Origin: Proteobacteria bacterium UBA7420
GTDB lineage: Bacteria > Pseudomonadota > Gammaproteobacteria > Magnimaribacterales > D2472
NCBI GenBank assembly: GCA_002469975.1
Contig: DKMG01000095.1
Location: forward strand, 1-45,063
Length of the DNA: 45,063 nucleotides
Direction of reading: 5' to 3'
In this document: piece after piece, positions 8,936 to 17,624 of the stretch
How the letters are laid out: the number at the start of each line of letters is the position of its first letter
How positions within the stretch are numbered: the first letter of the stretch is position 1
Program-made: the position numbers and the translations under genes
The notes under the pieces: model-generated
Databases searched by the model: none
Seen by the model: only the letters and a program-made list of their open reading frames with translations
What the model was told of the DNA's origin: nothing

Positions 8936-10768
8936 ATGCATAAATTATTATTATCTACTGTATTGCTGTCTATTGTCGTTATTTCTTCTTGTTCAAGTCA
9001 ACAAGCTCCTGCCTTAAATGAATCTGATGTAGAGACATTTTTAGAGAGAGTTGAGCTAGAGGACAAAACTCTTGGCCCTGTAGCAAGTTCAGCTTACTGG
9101 CTGCAAGCTAATTTTATCACTTATGATTCTCAGAAAGTAGTTGCAGATTACGGAAAAAGATTCCAACTTCTGGCTCTAGAGCGCGCAAGGCAAGCCTCTG
9201 GCTTTGATGATATTGAAGTGTCAGAGGAAAACAGAAGAAAGCTCAATCTCATTAAGAATTCCTTTGTCATGCCGTCGCCTCTAGACGATACCTTGGCAGG
9301 AGAGATTGCCAACATCATGGCAGAGCTCGACGCGATGTATGGGGCAGGGCAACATTGTTTTGGTGAGGGTGATTGCTATGATTTAGAAGCTTTTGAAGGT
9401 GTGATTGATAATTCTAGGGACCCGGATGAGTTATTAAAAGCATGGGAAGGCTGGAGAAATATTGGCACACCTATGAAAGATAAATATCTAAGAATGGTTG
9501 AAATTGGTAATCAAGGTGCAAAAGATCTTGGTTATGACGGCCTTACTGATTTGTGGTTTAGCCAATACGATATGCCGGCAGAAGAATTTTTAGCTGAAAC
9601 TGACAGAGTGTGGGATGAGCTAAAGCCTTTATACGATGCATTACATTGTCATGTAAGAAGTGAACTTTCAGAACATTATGGCGAAGAAGTCGTTTCAAAA
9701 GAGGGCGTATTACCTGCCCATGTTTTAGGAAATATGTGGGGCCAATCTTGGGCCAATGTATATGATTTAGTGTATACGCCAGATAATCCCAATGCATCTA
9801 GTGGAATTGACCTAACAAAGATTTTAGAAGAAAAAAATATTGATGAAATAGAAATGACAAAAATTGCAGAAAATTTTTTCATCTCACTTGGTTTTCAACC
9901 GCTTCCTGACACTTTTTGGGAGAGATCTCTCTTTGTAAAGCCGCAAGATCGTAGCGTGGTTTGTCACGCCTCTGCATGGAATCTTGATGCAGATGCAAAT
10001 GACCTGAGAATGAAGATGTGCATAGAAAGAAATGCTGAAGATTTCTCAACCATCCATCATGAGCTTGGACATATTTTTTACTATCAAGCATACAACAGCA
10101 CTCAACCCAGCATATTTCAGAGCGGAGCAAATGACGGTTTTCATGAGGCAGTAGGTGACTTATTGGCTCTTTCAATCACTCCTGAGTATTACAATAAAAT
10201 TGGTCTAATATCCGAGGCTGAAGCTAAAGATGCAACATCAGATCCAATATCTCTGTTGATGCAACAAGCATTGCAAGGAGTCGTTTCAGTTCCATGGACC
10301 TTGATGCTAGATAAGTGGAGGGCTGGAGTTTTTTCAGGTGCAACCTCTGAGTCCGAGCTCAATGACTCTTGGTGGGAACTAAGAGAGTACTATCAAGGAA
10401 TAGGGGCGCCAAGAGCAAGAGGAGCAGATGCATTTGATCCAGGTGCAAAATACCATATTCCTGGCAATACCCCTTACACAAGATATTACTTAGCACAAAT
10501 TCTTCAATACCAATTTCATGAATCTCTTTGTAATCAAATGGGCTTTAAGGGACCTTTGCATGAGTGCTCGATTTACGATAATGAGCTTGCAGGAAAAAAG
10601 TTAAGAGCAATGCTTTCTCTTGGGCAAAGCCAAGAGTGGCAAGTAGCCCTTGAAGCTCTTACAGGGACTCGCACTCTTAGTGGAAAATCAATGCTGAATT
10701 ACTACGAGCCTCTAAAGGATTGGTTGGATGCTAAAAATGCTGACCGCGTTTGTGGATGGGAAGGATGA
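8936..10768 (+). CDS. M2-family zinc peptidyl-dipeptidase (angiotensin-converting-enzyme homologue), predicted lipoprotein
   Basis: HHELGHIFYYQAY...ANDGFHEAVGDLLALS is nearly identical to the ACE zinc site HHEMGH...GFHEAIGD. ATG at 8936 with GGAG about 10 nt upstream gives MHKLLLSTVLLSIVVISSC, a signal peptide plus lipobox. The ORF-track GTG at 8894 is unlikely. Confidence 0.85.
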   Translation: MHKLLLSTVLLSIVVISSCSSQQAPALNESDVETFLERVELEDKTLGPVASSAYWLQANFITYDSQKVVADYGKRFQLLALERARQASGFDDIEVSEENRRKLNLIKNSFVMPSPLDDTLAGEIANIMAELDAMYGAGQHCFGEGDCYDLEAFEGVIDNSRDPDELLKAWEGWRNIGTPMKDKYLRMVEIGNQGAKDLGYDGLTDLWFSQYDMPAEEFLAETDRVWDELKPLYDALHCHVRSELSEHYGEEVVSKEGVLPAHVLGNMWGQSWANVYDLVYTPDNPNASSGIDLTKILEEKNIDEIEMTKIAENFFISLGFQPLPDTFWERSLFVKPQDRSVVCHASAWNLDADANDLRMKMCIERNAEDFSTIHHELGHIFYYQAYNSTQPSIFQSGANDGFHEAVGDLLALSITPEYYNKIGLISEAEAKDATSDPISLLMQQALQGVVSVPWTLMLDKWRAGVFSGATSESELNDSWWELREYYQGIGAPRARGADAFDPGAKYHIPGNTPYTRYYLAQILQYQFHESLCNQMGFKGPLHECSIYDNELAGKKLRAMLSLGQSQEWQVALEALTGTRTLSGKSMLNYYEPLKDWLDAKNADRVCGWEG

Positions 10769-11640
10769 TGAAGCATTTAACAAACCTAGCTATTGCTGCA
10801 GGAGTATTTCTTTTTACGAAACTGTATGCGGATATCATTTCATTTAATAGCATAGAGCTATCCGGAGTTAATCTAGTTGGTCATTTGCTGGTTATGATTT
10901 TTGTCATTCAATGGCTTGCATACATTCCAGCTTTTCTTTTTAAAACGGAAAAATTTTATGATTTAACAGGCAGCTTGACATATATCTCAGCTATTTCGTT
11001 TGCTTTATATTCAACTAATAGCCCCCAAAATCTTGATCTTGGCAGTCTCATTATCGGCATTGCAATTATTCTTTGGGCTATAAGACTCGGCTCATTTTTA
11101 TTTATGAGAATTCACAAGGATAAAAAAGATGGACGATTCGATTCTATTAAAACATCCTTCTCTCAATTTTTCATGACATGGACCTTGCAAGGCATGTGGG
11201 TTTTTATATGCTCATCTGCTGCTTTGGTTGCAATCACTAATCCAACAGGCGTACCGATAAATATTGTATTTATAATAGGCTTGGCGCTATTTATTTTAGG
11301 CTTTGTGGTGGAGGTAATTGCTGATAATCAGAAGTCTGCGTTTCGATCCATTCCTGAGAACAAAGATGCGTTTATAACTGAGGGATTGTGGGCAAGATCT
11401 AGACATCCAAACTATTTCGGTGAAATTACTTTATGGACAGGCATTACAGTAATGGGCATATCTACTTTTGAAGGCATGAACTATTTAGCACTCTTCTCGC
11501 CAATTTTTTCATATCTATTACTAAACTACGTAAGTGGCGTGAGAATGCTGGAGCTTAGAGGGAAAAAAAAATGGGGACATCTTGATGCTTACCAAGCTTA
11601 TAAAAAAAATACCGGGAAACTAATACCAAAAATTTTCTAA
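10765..11640 (+). CDS. DUF1295 / steroid-5-alpha-reductase-like polytopic membrane protein
   Basis: Multi-TM protein with C-terminal GLWARSRHPNYFGEITLW, typical of the DUF1295/ICMT-like superfamily. The ATG at 10765 overlaps the preceding TGA (ATGA). Confidence 0.7.
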   Translation: MMKHLTNLAIAAGVFLFTKLYADIISFNSIELSGVNLVGHLLVMIFVIQWLAYIPAFLFKTEKFYDLTGSLTYISAISFALYSTNSPQNLDLGSLIIGIAIILWAIRLGSFLFMRIHKDKKDGRFDSIKTSFSQFFMTWTLQGMWVFICSSAALVAITNPTGVPINIVFIIGLALFILGFVVEVIADNQKSAFRSIPENKDAFITEGLWARSRHPNYFGEITLWTGITVMGISTFEGMNYLALFSPIFSYLLLNYVSGVRMLELRGKKKWGHLDAYQAYKKNTGKLIPKIF

Positions 11641-11775
11641 GATTTGCTTATTTTCTTAAATGTTTACAAATAAAGCACATTTAAAAGATGTACATTTTTT
11701 ATACTACTTGTGACACTAAATAAAACAAAGTCTGTACAATTACAGTGCAGATAAAAAGTTTGAATAATTACACAA

Positions 11776-11792
11776 CACTAGTTAGACTAGTG
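11776..11792 (+). promoter_or_regulatory. Perfect 7-3-7 inverted repeat CACTAGT-tag-ACTAGTG in the leader of the TonB-type operon
   Basis: Read directly. All 7 arm positions are complementary. It ends 12 nt before the AGGGAG Shine-Dalgarno and 25 nt before the ATG at 11818. Confidence 0.3.
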
Positions 11793-11817
11793 AACCATTT
11801 TTCTAGGGAGAAAAAAA

Positions 11818-12570
11818 ATGTCAAATAAAAGTTTATTAACTTTAGCCATGCTTGCTACATTCGTATCAGCATCTGAAATGGAACCAGTATTAGAGGTAGG
11901 CAGAGATAACACAGCGTTATCTGCTCAATCTCAAGATAAGATTGATCAAACAGAATCTGCAACTGACAAGCTCATCAACGAGTTTAAAGTTGTATCAAAG
12001 CAGGTTGAGGGTTTAAAGCTCTACAACGCTCAAAAAAGAATTCAAATTCAAGCGCAACTTGATCTTATGGATACATATGACGAGCAACTAATTCAGGTTG
12101 TAATTATGCAAAGACAAGTACCACCATTGGCACAACGCATGCTAGAAGGCCTAGAGAAATATGTAAAACTAGATACTCCATTTCATATCGAAGAAAGAAT
12201 GCAGCGCCTGGACTTAGTCAGAGCCTCTCTTTCTAACCCAAAAGTCACAGCATCAGAGCAGGTAAGACAAATTTTAGAAGCCTATAACATTGAAGGTGAG
12301 TATGGAAGAAAGCTAGACGCTTATGATGAGACCATTGTTTTAGAAGGCAAAGAGATGGTAGTAAATATCTTAAGAGTTGGAAGATTAGGTATGTTCTTTC
12401 AAACAAAAGATGAAAGAAAAACAGGCTATTACGATACTGAGACTGGTTCTTGGGAAGAGTTGCCAGGAAGTTATAGAGTACAGGTTAGAGATGGCATTCG
12501 AATGGCTCAAAAGTTAGCACCCATGGATATCATGATGCTGCCTATAGTCTACAGAGGAGAAGCTTCATGA
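11818..12570 (+). CDS. DUF3450 exported coiled-coil protein (TtpB-like, first gene of TonB2-type cluster)
   Basis: Signal peptide MSNKSLLTLAMLATFVSA followed by coiled-coil-rich sequence. Its position directly upstream of the large MotA/ExbB-family gene matches TonB2 clusters. Strong SD AGGGAG. Confidence 0.7.
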   Translation: MSNKSLLTLAMLATFVSASEMEPVLEVGRDNTALSAQSQDKIDQTESATDKLINEFKVVSKQVEGLKLYNAQKRIQIQAQLDLMDTYDEQLIQVVIMQRQVPPLAQRMLEGLEKYVKLDTPFHIEERMQRLDLVRASLSNPKVTASEQVRQILEAYNIEGEYGRKLDAYDETIVLEGKEMVVNILRVGRLGMFFQTKDERKTGYYDTETGSWEELPGSYRVQVRDGIRMAQKLAPMDIMMLPIVYRGEAS

Positions 12571-13946
12571 AAAATTTAAATAAATATTTACTGTCTTTTG
12601 TTTTGGTTGGATCAATTTCAGCGTTTGCTCAAGAGACCGCAGAAGGCGAACCAACCACTATTCAAGGCTTGCTTCAATTAGTTCAAGAGGGCAGAACCTC
12701 TGAGCAAACAGTGAACACTAAAAGGGAAGCAGACTTTCTTGTTGATAAGAATAAACAGGCTTCTAAATTAGCTGCTGAAAAAAGAGAGCTAGCGCGTCAA
12801 GAAAAAATTGCTGATCAGCTAGAAACAGAATATAAGACAAATGAATCTATCCTTGTAGTTAAAGAAACTGCATACAAAAAAGAGCTTGGCTCATTGGTAG
12901 AACTTTTTGGTCATCTTCAGAGTTCAGCCGGAGAAGCCAGCGCACTTTTTGCTGACTCTTTGTCTTCAGGACAGTATGGAAGAGATAGAGAAACTTTTCT
13001 GAATAATCTTTCTTCTAAAATGTCGAGCGCTACAGAGCTACCTACAATCAGAGAGCTTGAGGGTCTATGGTATGAGCTTCAAAGAGAAATGGTTGCTGGG
13101 TCTGAGGTTGTAACTTTTAATGCAAATGTTATTACCCTGGATGGAGAATCAGTTGAATGCGCCGTTACTAGAATCGGTTTATATAATGTTATCTGTGATG
13201 GCAAGTACTTAGAATATATTGGCAGCAAAGGACAGTATGCATTCTTAGGTAAGCAGCCAGAAGGTCGTTACGTCAGTACTGCAAAAAAACTGTCTAAAGC
13301 TGATGCAGGAGATGTTGTTAAATTTGGTGTAGATCCTACTGGCCCAGTTGGCGGAAGCTTACTTGCTAATTTAATTCAAAACCCAAGCCTCATGGAAAGA
13401 GTTCATCAAGGGCGTGAAGTTGGTTACATAATCATCTTTGTTGGTCTGATAGGTATCAGCATAGCTTTCTGGAAGCTATTCCAGCTATACACTATGGGTG
13501 TAGCAGTTAAGAAACAAGCCACATCGAAAACTCATGATCAATCTAATCCTCTAGGCAGAGTACTCGCTGTTGGAAAAGAGCACATGGGCAAAGATATTGA
13601 AACATTGGAACTGAAACTAGCAGAAGCTATTATGGCAGAAAGACCGACGATTGAGCGCGGTATCAATGTTGTGAAAATCATTTCAGTAGTTGCTCCTTTG
13701 GCCGGACTTTTAGGAACAGTTACAGGGATGATTGTGACCTTCCAGCAAATTACTTTGTTTGGAACAGGTGATCCCAAGATTATGGCTGGTGGTATTTCCC
13801 AAGCCCTCGTCACTACTGTGCTAGGTCTAGTAGTTGCAATTCCTACAACGCTTTTACATTCTTTTGCTAATTCTTCAGCAAGAGGCATTATTAATGTTCT
13901 TGAAGAGCAAAGCACAGGAATCGTAGCAGAGCATTCTGACAAGTAA
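12567..13946 (+). CDS. ttpC: TtpC-like protein: large periplasmic domain fused to a MotA/TolQ/ExbB proton-channel domain
   Basis: Signal peptide, about 280-aa coiled-coil periplasmic region, then 3 TM segments with ExbB signature APLAGLLGTVTGMIVTFQ. 459 aa. ATGA overlap with the upstream gene. Confidence 0.8.
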   Translation: MKNLNKYLLSFVLVGSISAFAQETAEGEPTTIQGLLQLVQEGRTSEQTVNTKREADFLVDKNKQASKLAAEKRELARQEKIADQLETEYKTNESILVVKETAYKKELGSLVELFGHLQSSAGEASALFADSLSSGQYGRDRETFLNNLSSKMSSATELPTIRELEGLWYELQREMVAGSEVVTFNANVITLDGESVECAVTRIGLYNVICDGKYLEYIGSKGQYAFLGKQPEGRYVSTAKKLSKADAGDVVKFGVDPTGPVGGSLLANLIQNPSLMERVHQGREVGYIIIFVGLIGISIAFWKLFQLYTMGVAVKKQATSKTHDQSNPLGRVLAVGKEHMGKDIETLELKLAEAIMAERPTIERGINVVKIISVVAPLAGLLGTVTGMIVTFQQITLFGTGDPKIMAGGISQALVTTVLGLVVAIPTTLLHSFANSSARGIINVLEEQSTGIVAEHSDK

Positions 13947-13955
13947 TTAGAAACA

Positions 13956-14480
13956 ATGTTTTACGCAATTACTGAAGCATTTAATACCCTCAGGGACTTT
14001 ATGTCTGCTGGGGGAAGCGTGCTTTGGCTAATAGCAATCTTGGCTGCATTTATGTGGGCCATTATCTTAGAGCGAATCTGGTACTTTAATGCAGGTCATA
14101 AGGTTTTTATGGCTGAGCTTAAGACTGAATGGGACTCTTTAAGTGACCATACAACCTGGAAGGCCAAACAAATTCAAGACAAACTTATTTCTCAAGGCAA
14201 AGAAGAGATCAATAAGCATCTTTCTTTAATAAATACTTGTGTTGCACTGGCGCCTCTATTTGGCCTACTTGGAACGGTTACAGGTATGATTGAAGTGTTT
14301 CAGGTGATGGCCTTTACCGGAGGTGGTGACGCCAGATCAATGGCAGGCGGCGTTTCTAAAGCCACCCTTCCGACCATGGCTGGGATGACCACTGCTCTTT
14401 CAGGCGTGTTTGCTACCATTTACTTAACTTCTGCGAAAAACAGAGAAGAGAATACAATTAAAACTACAATTAAAAGCTAA
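13956..14480 (+). CDS. exbB: ExbB (MotA/TolQ/ExbB proton channel)
   Basis: 174 aa with 3 TM segments and APLFGLLGTVTGMIEVF signature. Confidence 0.85.
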   Translation: MFYAITEAFNTLRDFMSAGGSVLWLIAILAAFMWAIILERIWYFNAGHKVFMAELKTEWDSLSDHTTWKAKQIQDKLISQGKEEINKHLSLINTCVALAPLFGLLGTVTGMIEVFQVMAFTGGGDARSMAGGVSKATLPTMAGMTTALSGVFATIYLTSAKNREENTIKTTIKS

Positions 14481-14493
14481 ATAGGAGAATATT

Positions 14494-14904
14494 GTGAGAA
14501 GAAACGCCATATCCAGTGCAGTACAAGACGAAGAAGCAGAAATTAACATGACCCCCATGCTTGATGTTGTTTTTATTATGCTTATCTTTTTTATCGTCAC
14601 AGCAAATTTTATTAAAGAGCCTGGTCTAGAAATTAACAGGCCAGATGCCAGCACTGCTGAAACTCAAGAGAATGCAGCAATTCTAATTGCAATTGGTGCT
14701 TCTGGTGAAATATGGATGGATGGCAGAAGAATCGATGCTCGACAAGTTAAAGCCAACGTTGTGAAACTCCTTGCTGACAACCCTCAGGGATCAGTTGTTA
14801 TTCAGGCCGATGAAAAAGCAATGGCAGATACAATTATTAAAGTAATGGATGGCGCTAGAGAAGCAGGTGTGTTCAATATCTCCCTTGCATCCGAGCCAAA
14901 ATAG
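14494..14904 (+). CDS. exbD: ExbD/TolR biopolymer transport protein
   Basis: EINMTPMLDVVFIMLIFFIV (conserved Asp in the single TM) plus a periplasmic domain. 136 aa. GTG start. Confidence 0.85.
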   Translation: MRRNAISSAVQDEEAEINMTPMLDVVFIMLIFFIVTANFIKEPGLEINRPDASTAETQENAAILIAIGASGEIWMDGRRIDARQVKANVVKLLADNPQGSVVIQADEKAMADTIIKVMDGAREAGVFNISLASEPK

Positions 14905-14913
14905 AGAACTATA

Positions 14914-15630
14914 TTGAATACAGCTGTTAATAGTTTAAATTCCGCTGCTCAACTTTTAACAAAGGTTGTTGATCCATTAGCGGCGTTATATTACAGAGCT
15001 TTTAATTATAATAAATATCTTGCAGGAACAGGTTTTGCTGCGCTTATTACTCTTGGCTTATTCTTCTTGATGGTGGCATTGATCTCTCTGGGAGATGACA
15101 CTTTGCCAACCGACAACTCTCGTAAGCTTGGCGATGTGATTATGCCTGACAGAGATATCGATACTCTTTTTGATAATGTGGATAAACCTGAGGAGCCAGA
15201 AGAGCAACCCGAAGACATTGCCCAGCCTGAGTTGGATCTCGCACCGATTACAGGAATGGATGTTAGCCTTCCAAAACCAAAAGCAAATTTTGCTGCCAAT
15301 GGTGGATTTTTTAGGGATGGTGAATATATTCCTTTATTTAAGGTTACGCCTATTTATCCGAGAAGAGCGCAGGAAAGAGGGATTATGGGTTACGCAGTGG
15401 TTTCTTTCACTATCACAGAAACTGGAACCGTAGAAAACTCAGAGCCGCTCGAAGGCATGTGTGGTGATCCCACCAATCCAGACACAGTCTTTAGAGCATG
15501 CTCAATCTTTAATTCAGCTGCTGCTAGAGCTGCGGGTAAGCTAAAATATAAGCCTAAAATAGTTGACGGAAAGGCTGTGAGAGTAGATAACGTACCCCAT
15601 AAGTTTACTTTCATTCTGGAGGAATCTTAA
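14914..15630 (+). CDS. tonB: Energy transducer TonB
   Basis: N-terminal TM, acidic/proline spacer KPEEPEEQPEDIAQPE and C-terminal YPRRAQERGIMGYAVVSFTI...KYKPKIVDGKAV TonB_C domain. TTG start, so the 5' end is uncertain. Confidence 0.8.
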   Translation: MNTAVNSLNSAAQLLTKVVDPLAALYYRAFNYNKYLAGTGFAALITLGLFFLMVALISLGDDTLPTDNSRKLGDVIMPDRDIDTLFDNVDKPEEPEEQPEDIAQPELDLAPITGMDVSLPKPKANFAANGGFFRDGEYIPLFKVTPIYPRRAQERGIMGYAVVSFTITETGTVENSEPLEGMCGDPTNPDTVFRACSIFNSAAARAAGKLKYKPKIVDGKAVRVDNVPHKFTFILEES

Positions 15631-17123
15631 TGTTAAAATTATTATCTCGTAATGCATTTATTGTATTGGCTGTAAGTTTTTCATTCTCCTCGATAGACCT
15701 ATCTGCACAAAATGCTAAATCAGATGGCGGTAAATCTGGAAAAACTCGCTCATATAAGAAAGCTAGAGTTCTCATGTCCTCAACGGCAAAACAAGTACAA
15801 AAAGTAGTTGAGGCTCTAGAAAGACAAAAAACTATTAAAGTTCCAGATCCTCTTAATGAAGGACAATTCATTGAGAAAGATGAAGACGATCCAGATTTCA
15901 TAGAAGCCAGAAGACTCCTAACCGAGCTTCTTAACAGACAAGATGAGCTCAAAAGTTACGATAGATCCGTGATGTGGAATTACTGGGGTTATATTTATTT
16001 TAGTGATGAAGACTATGATAATGCCATGAGGTCTTATGAAAAGCTTTTAAATGAACCTGAGGCCACGATCCCGCTGAGAACTGCTTCGTTACTGACATTG
16101 GCCCAATTAAACCTTGTAAAAGAAAACTGGGATAAAGGTATTGCATTGATTCTGCAGTGGATGGATGAGGTAGAAAATGTTACGGCTCAGTCTCACTCAT
16201 TATTAGGACAGGCATATTATCAAAAACAAGACTTTGTACAATCTAGAAAATCTATAGAAGAGGCAATCAGGATTGCAGAAGAAGTTGAAGAATATCGGCC
16301 AAAAGAACAATGGTACGTATTATTGGCGGCATGTCTTTATGAGTTAAAAGAAGCGAAAGTTATTAGTCAGCAATATGCACTAGAGCAGCAAGTGTTGATC
16401 TATGAAATTCTGGTCAACTATTACCCTAAAAAATCATATTTTATTCAATTGGGTGGTACATACGCTCAAATGGAAAGAGAGCAAGACTATATGCTCGTTC
16501 TCAAGGCAGCATATGAGAAAGACTTTCTTGACAAAGAGACTGAGTATCTAACTTTAGCTCAACTGCTTCTTTCTAACAAAAACCCCTACTGGGCTGCCCA
16601 GGTCTTGGTGGCAGGTCAAAAGAAAAAAGTTATGGTGAAGGATGAGAAAACAGGTAAAGAAGTGCCTGTGCCTGTTGTCAAAGACACAGAGAAAAACTTA
16701 AAGCTTTTGGCTGATTCCTGGAGAATGGCTCAGGAGATAGATAAGGCAATTCCAGTGCTTGAGAAGGCTGCCAAAATGTCTAAAACAGGAGATCTCTATG
16801 TTCTGTTGGGGAATCTTTATTTATTTGAAGACAGAATGGAAGACTCTATTCGTGCCATTGAGCTCGGACTAAAAAAATCTAAAGTTAAGAGCAGATCTCA
16901 GGCTCAGCTCGTCCTAGGGCAAGCACATTTTGAATTAGAAAATTTTGATGAAGCCAAGAAACAATTTAGAGCAGCAGCGCGAGACGAGGATAAGCGAATT
17001 AAAAAGACAGCTAACTCTTGGATTAAATATGCTGAAAATGAAGCAATTAGAGTTCAAAACCTAGCCTTAAGAAGAGAGTTTATAGAAAAATCTAACGCAA
17101 AAGCTCAGAGTAAGAGCTCTTAA
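15630..17123 (+). CDS. Exported tetratricopeptide-repeat protein (TtpD-like, last gene of TonB2-type cluster)
   Basis: Signal peptide MLKLLSRNAFIVLAVSFSFSSIDLSAQ followed by repeated TPR-like helices. The ATG overlaps the tonB TAA by 1 nt. Confidence 0.65.
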   Translation: MLKLLSRNAFIVLAVSFSFSSIDLSAQNAKSDGGKSGKTRSYKKARVLMSSTAKQVQKVVEALERQKTIKVPDPLNEGQFIEKDEDDPDFIEARRLLTELLNRQDELKSYDRSVMWNYWGYIYFSDEDYDNAMRSYEKLLNEPEATIPLRTASLLTLAQLNLVKENWDKGIALILQWMDEVENVTAQSHSLLGQAYYQKQDFVQSRKSIEEAIRIAEEVEEYRPKEQWYVLLAACLYELKEAKVISQQYALEQQVLIYEILVNYYPKKSYFIQLGGTYAQMEREQDYMLVLKAAYEKDFLDKETEYLTLAQLLLSNKNPYWAAQVLVAGQKKKVMVKDEKTGKEVPVPVVKDTEKNLKLLADSWRMAQEIDKAIPVLEKAAKMSKTGDLYVLLGNLYLFEDRMEDSIRAIELGLKKSKVKSRSQAQLVLGQAHFELENFDEAKKQFRAAARDEDKRIKKTANSWIKYAENEAIRVQNLALRREFIEKSNAKAQSKSS

Positions 17124-17623
17124 TTTTTTAGATACGTCTCAATTACAAAGTTATATTCATTGTCTGCATCTTTTGCATACGCCTCACTTGAGACTTTACG
17201 CCATTCCTGCAGGTTGACTGCCGGGTAAAATATATCCCCTGCAATCTCGCAATCCACTTTTGTGAGTACCAATTTATTAATTATGAGCATGCTTTCCTTA
17301 AAGACATGACCTCCACCAATGATCACCACTTCATTATCGATGTGTTGATGAGTATTCCAGGTATTTGCAGCTTCAATTCCCTCTGCTAAGTTTCTCACAA
17401 CCTCAATGCCATCAGAGGAATGGAGCGAGGATGAGATAACAATATTGTGCCTATTGGGTAAAGGCCTACCTATAGACTCAAAAGTTTTCCTACCCATTAC
17501 TATTGCTTTTTTTTGCGTATAAGCACTAAAGTGCTGAAGATCGCGCTTTAGTTTCCATGGCAGATCATTGTTAACTCCAATAACAGAGTTATTTGATAAA
17601 GCGACTAGATGCGAAATTTGCAT
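17120..17623 (-). CDS. folA: Dihydrofolate reductase
   Basis: VALSNNSVIGVNNDLPWKLKRDLQHF...IVMGRKTFESIGRPLPNR are canonical DHFR motifs. 167 aa. Confidence 0.92.
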   Translation of the reverse strand: MQISHLVALSNNSVIGVNNDLPWKLKRDLQHFSAYTQKKAIVMGRKTFESIGRPLPNRHNIVISSSLHSSDGIEVVRNLAEGIEAANTWNTHQHIDNEVVIIGGGHVFKESMLIINKLVLTKVDCEIAGDIFYPAVNLQEWRKVSSEAYAKDADNEYNFVIETYLKN

Positions 17624-17624
17624 A

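Noticed and set aside
11658-11700. AAATGT...ACATTT repeats followed by a T-run, considered as a possible terminator for the DUF1295 gene.
   Set aside because: The stems are 6 bp, A/T-only apart from one G:C pair, and have a 13-nt or longer loop. The predicted stability is too low for a confident intrinsic terminator.
11660-11713. A 17-codon ORF (MFTNKAHLKDVHFLYYL) in the 177-nt intergenic region.
   Set aside because: It has no Shine-Dalgarno, lies in an AT-rich region where short ORFs arise by chance, and has no conservation evidence available.
11732-11745. CTGTACAATTACAG resembles a LexA SOS box.
   Set aside because: The spacing is CTGT-N6-ACAG, not the required CTGT-N8-ACAG, and the downstream genes have no DNA-damage function.
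11751-11775. A possible Fur box (TTTGAATAATTACACAAC) upstream of the TonB-type cluster.
   Set aside because: My best ungapped alignment to GATAATGATAATCATTATC or to the 7-1-7 core matches only about half the positions, and the sequence has no dyad symmetry. It is indistinguishable from AT-rich background.
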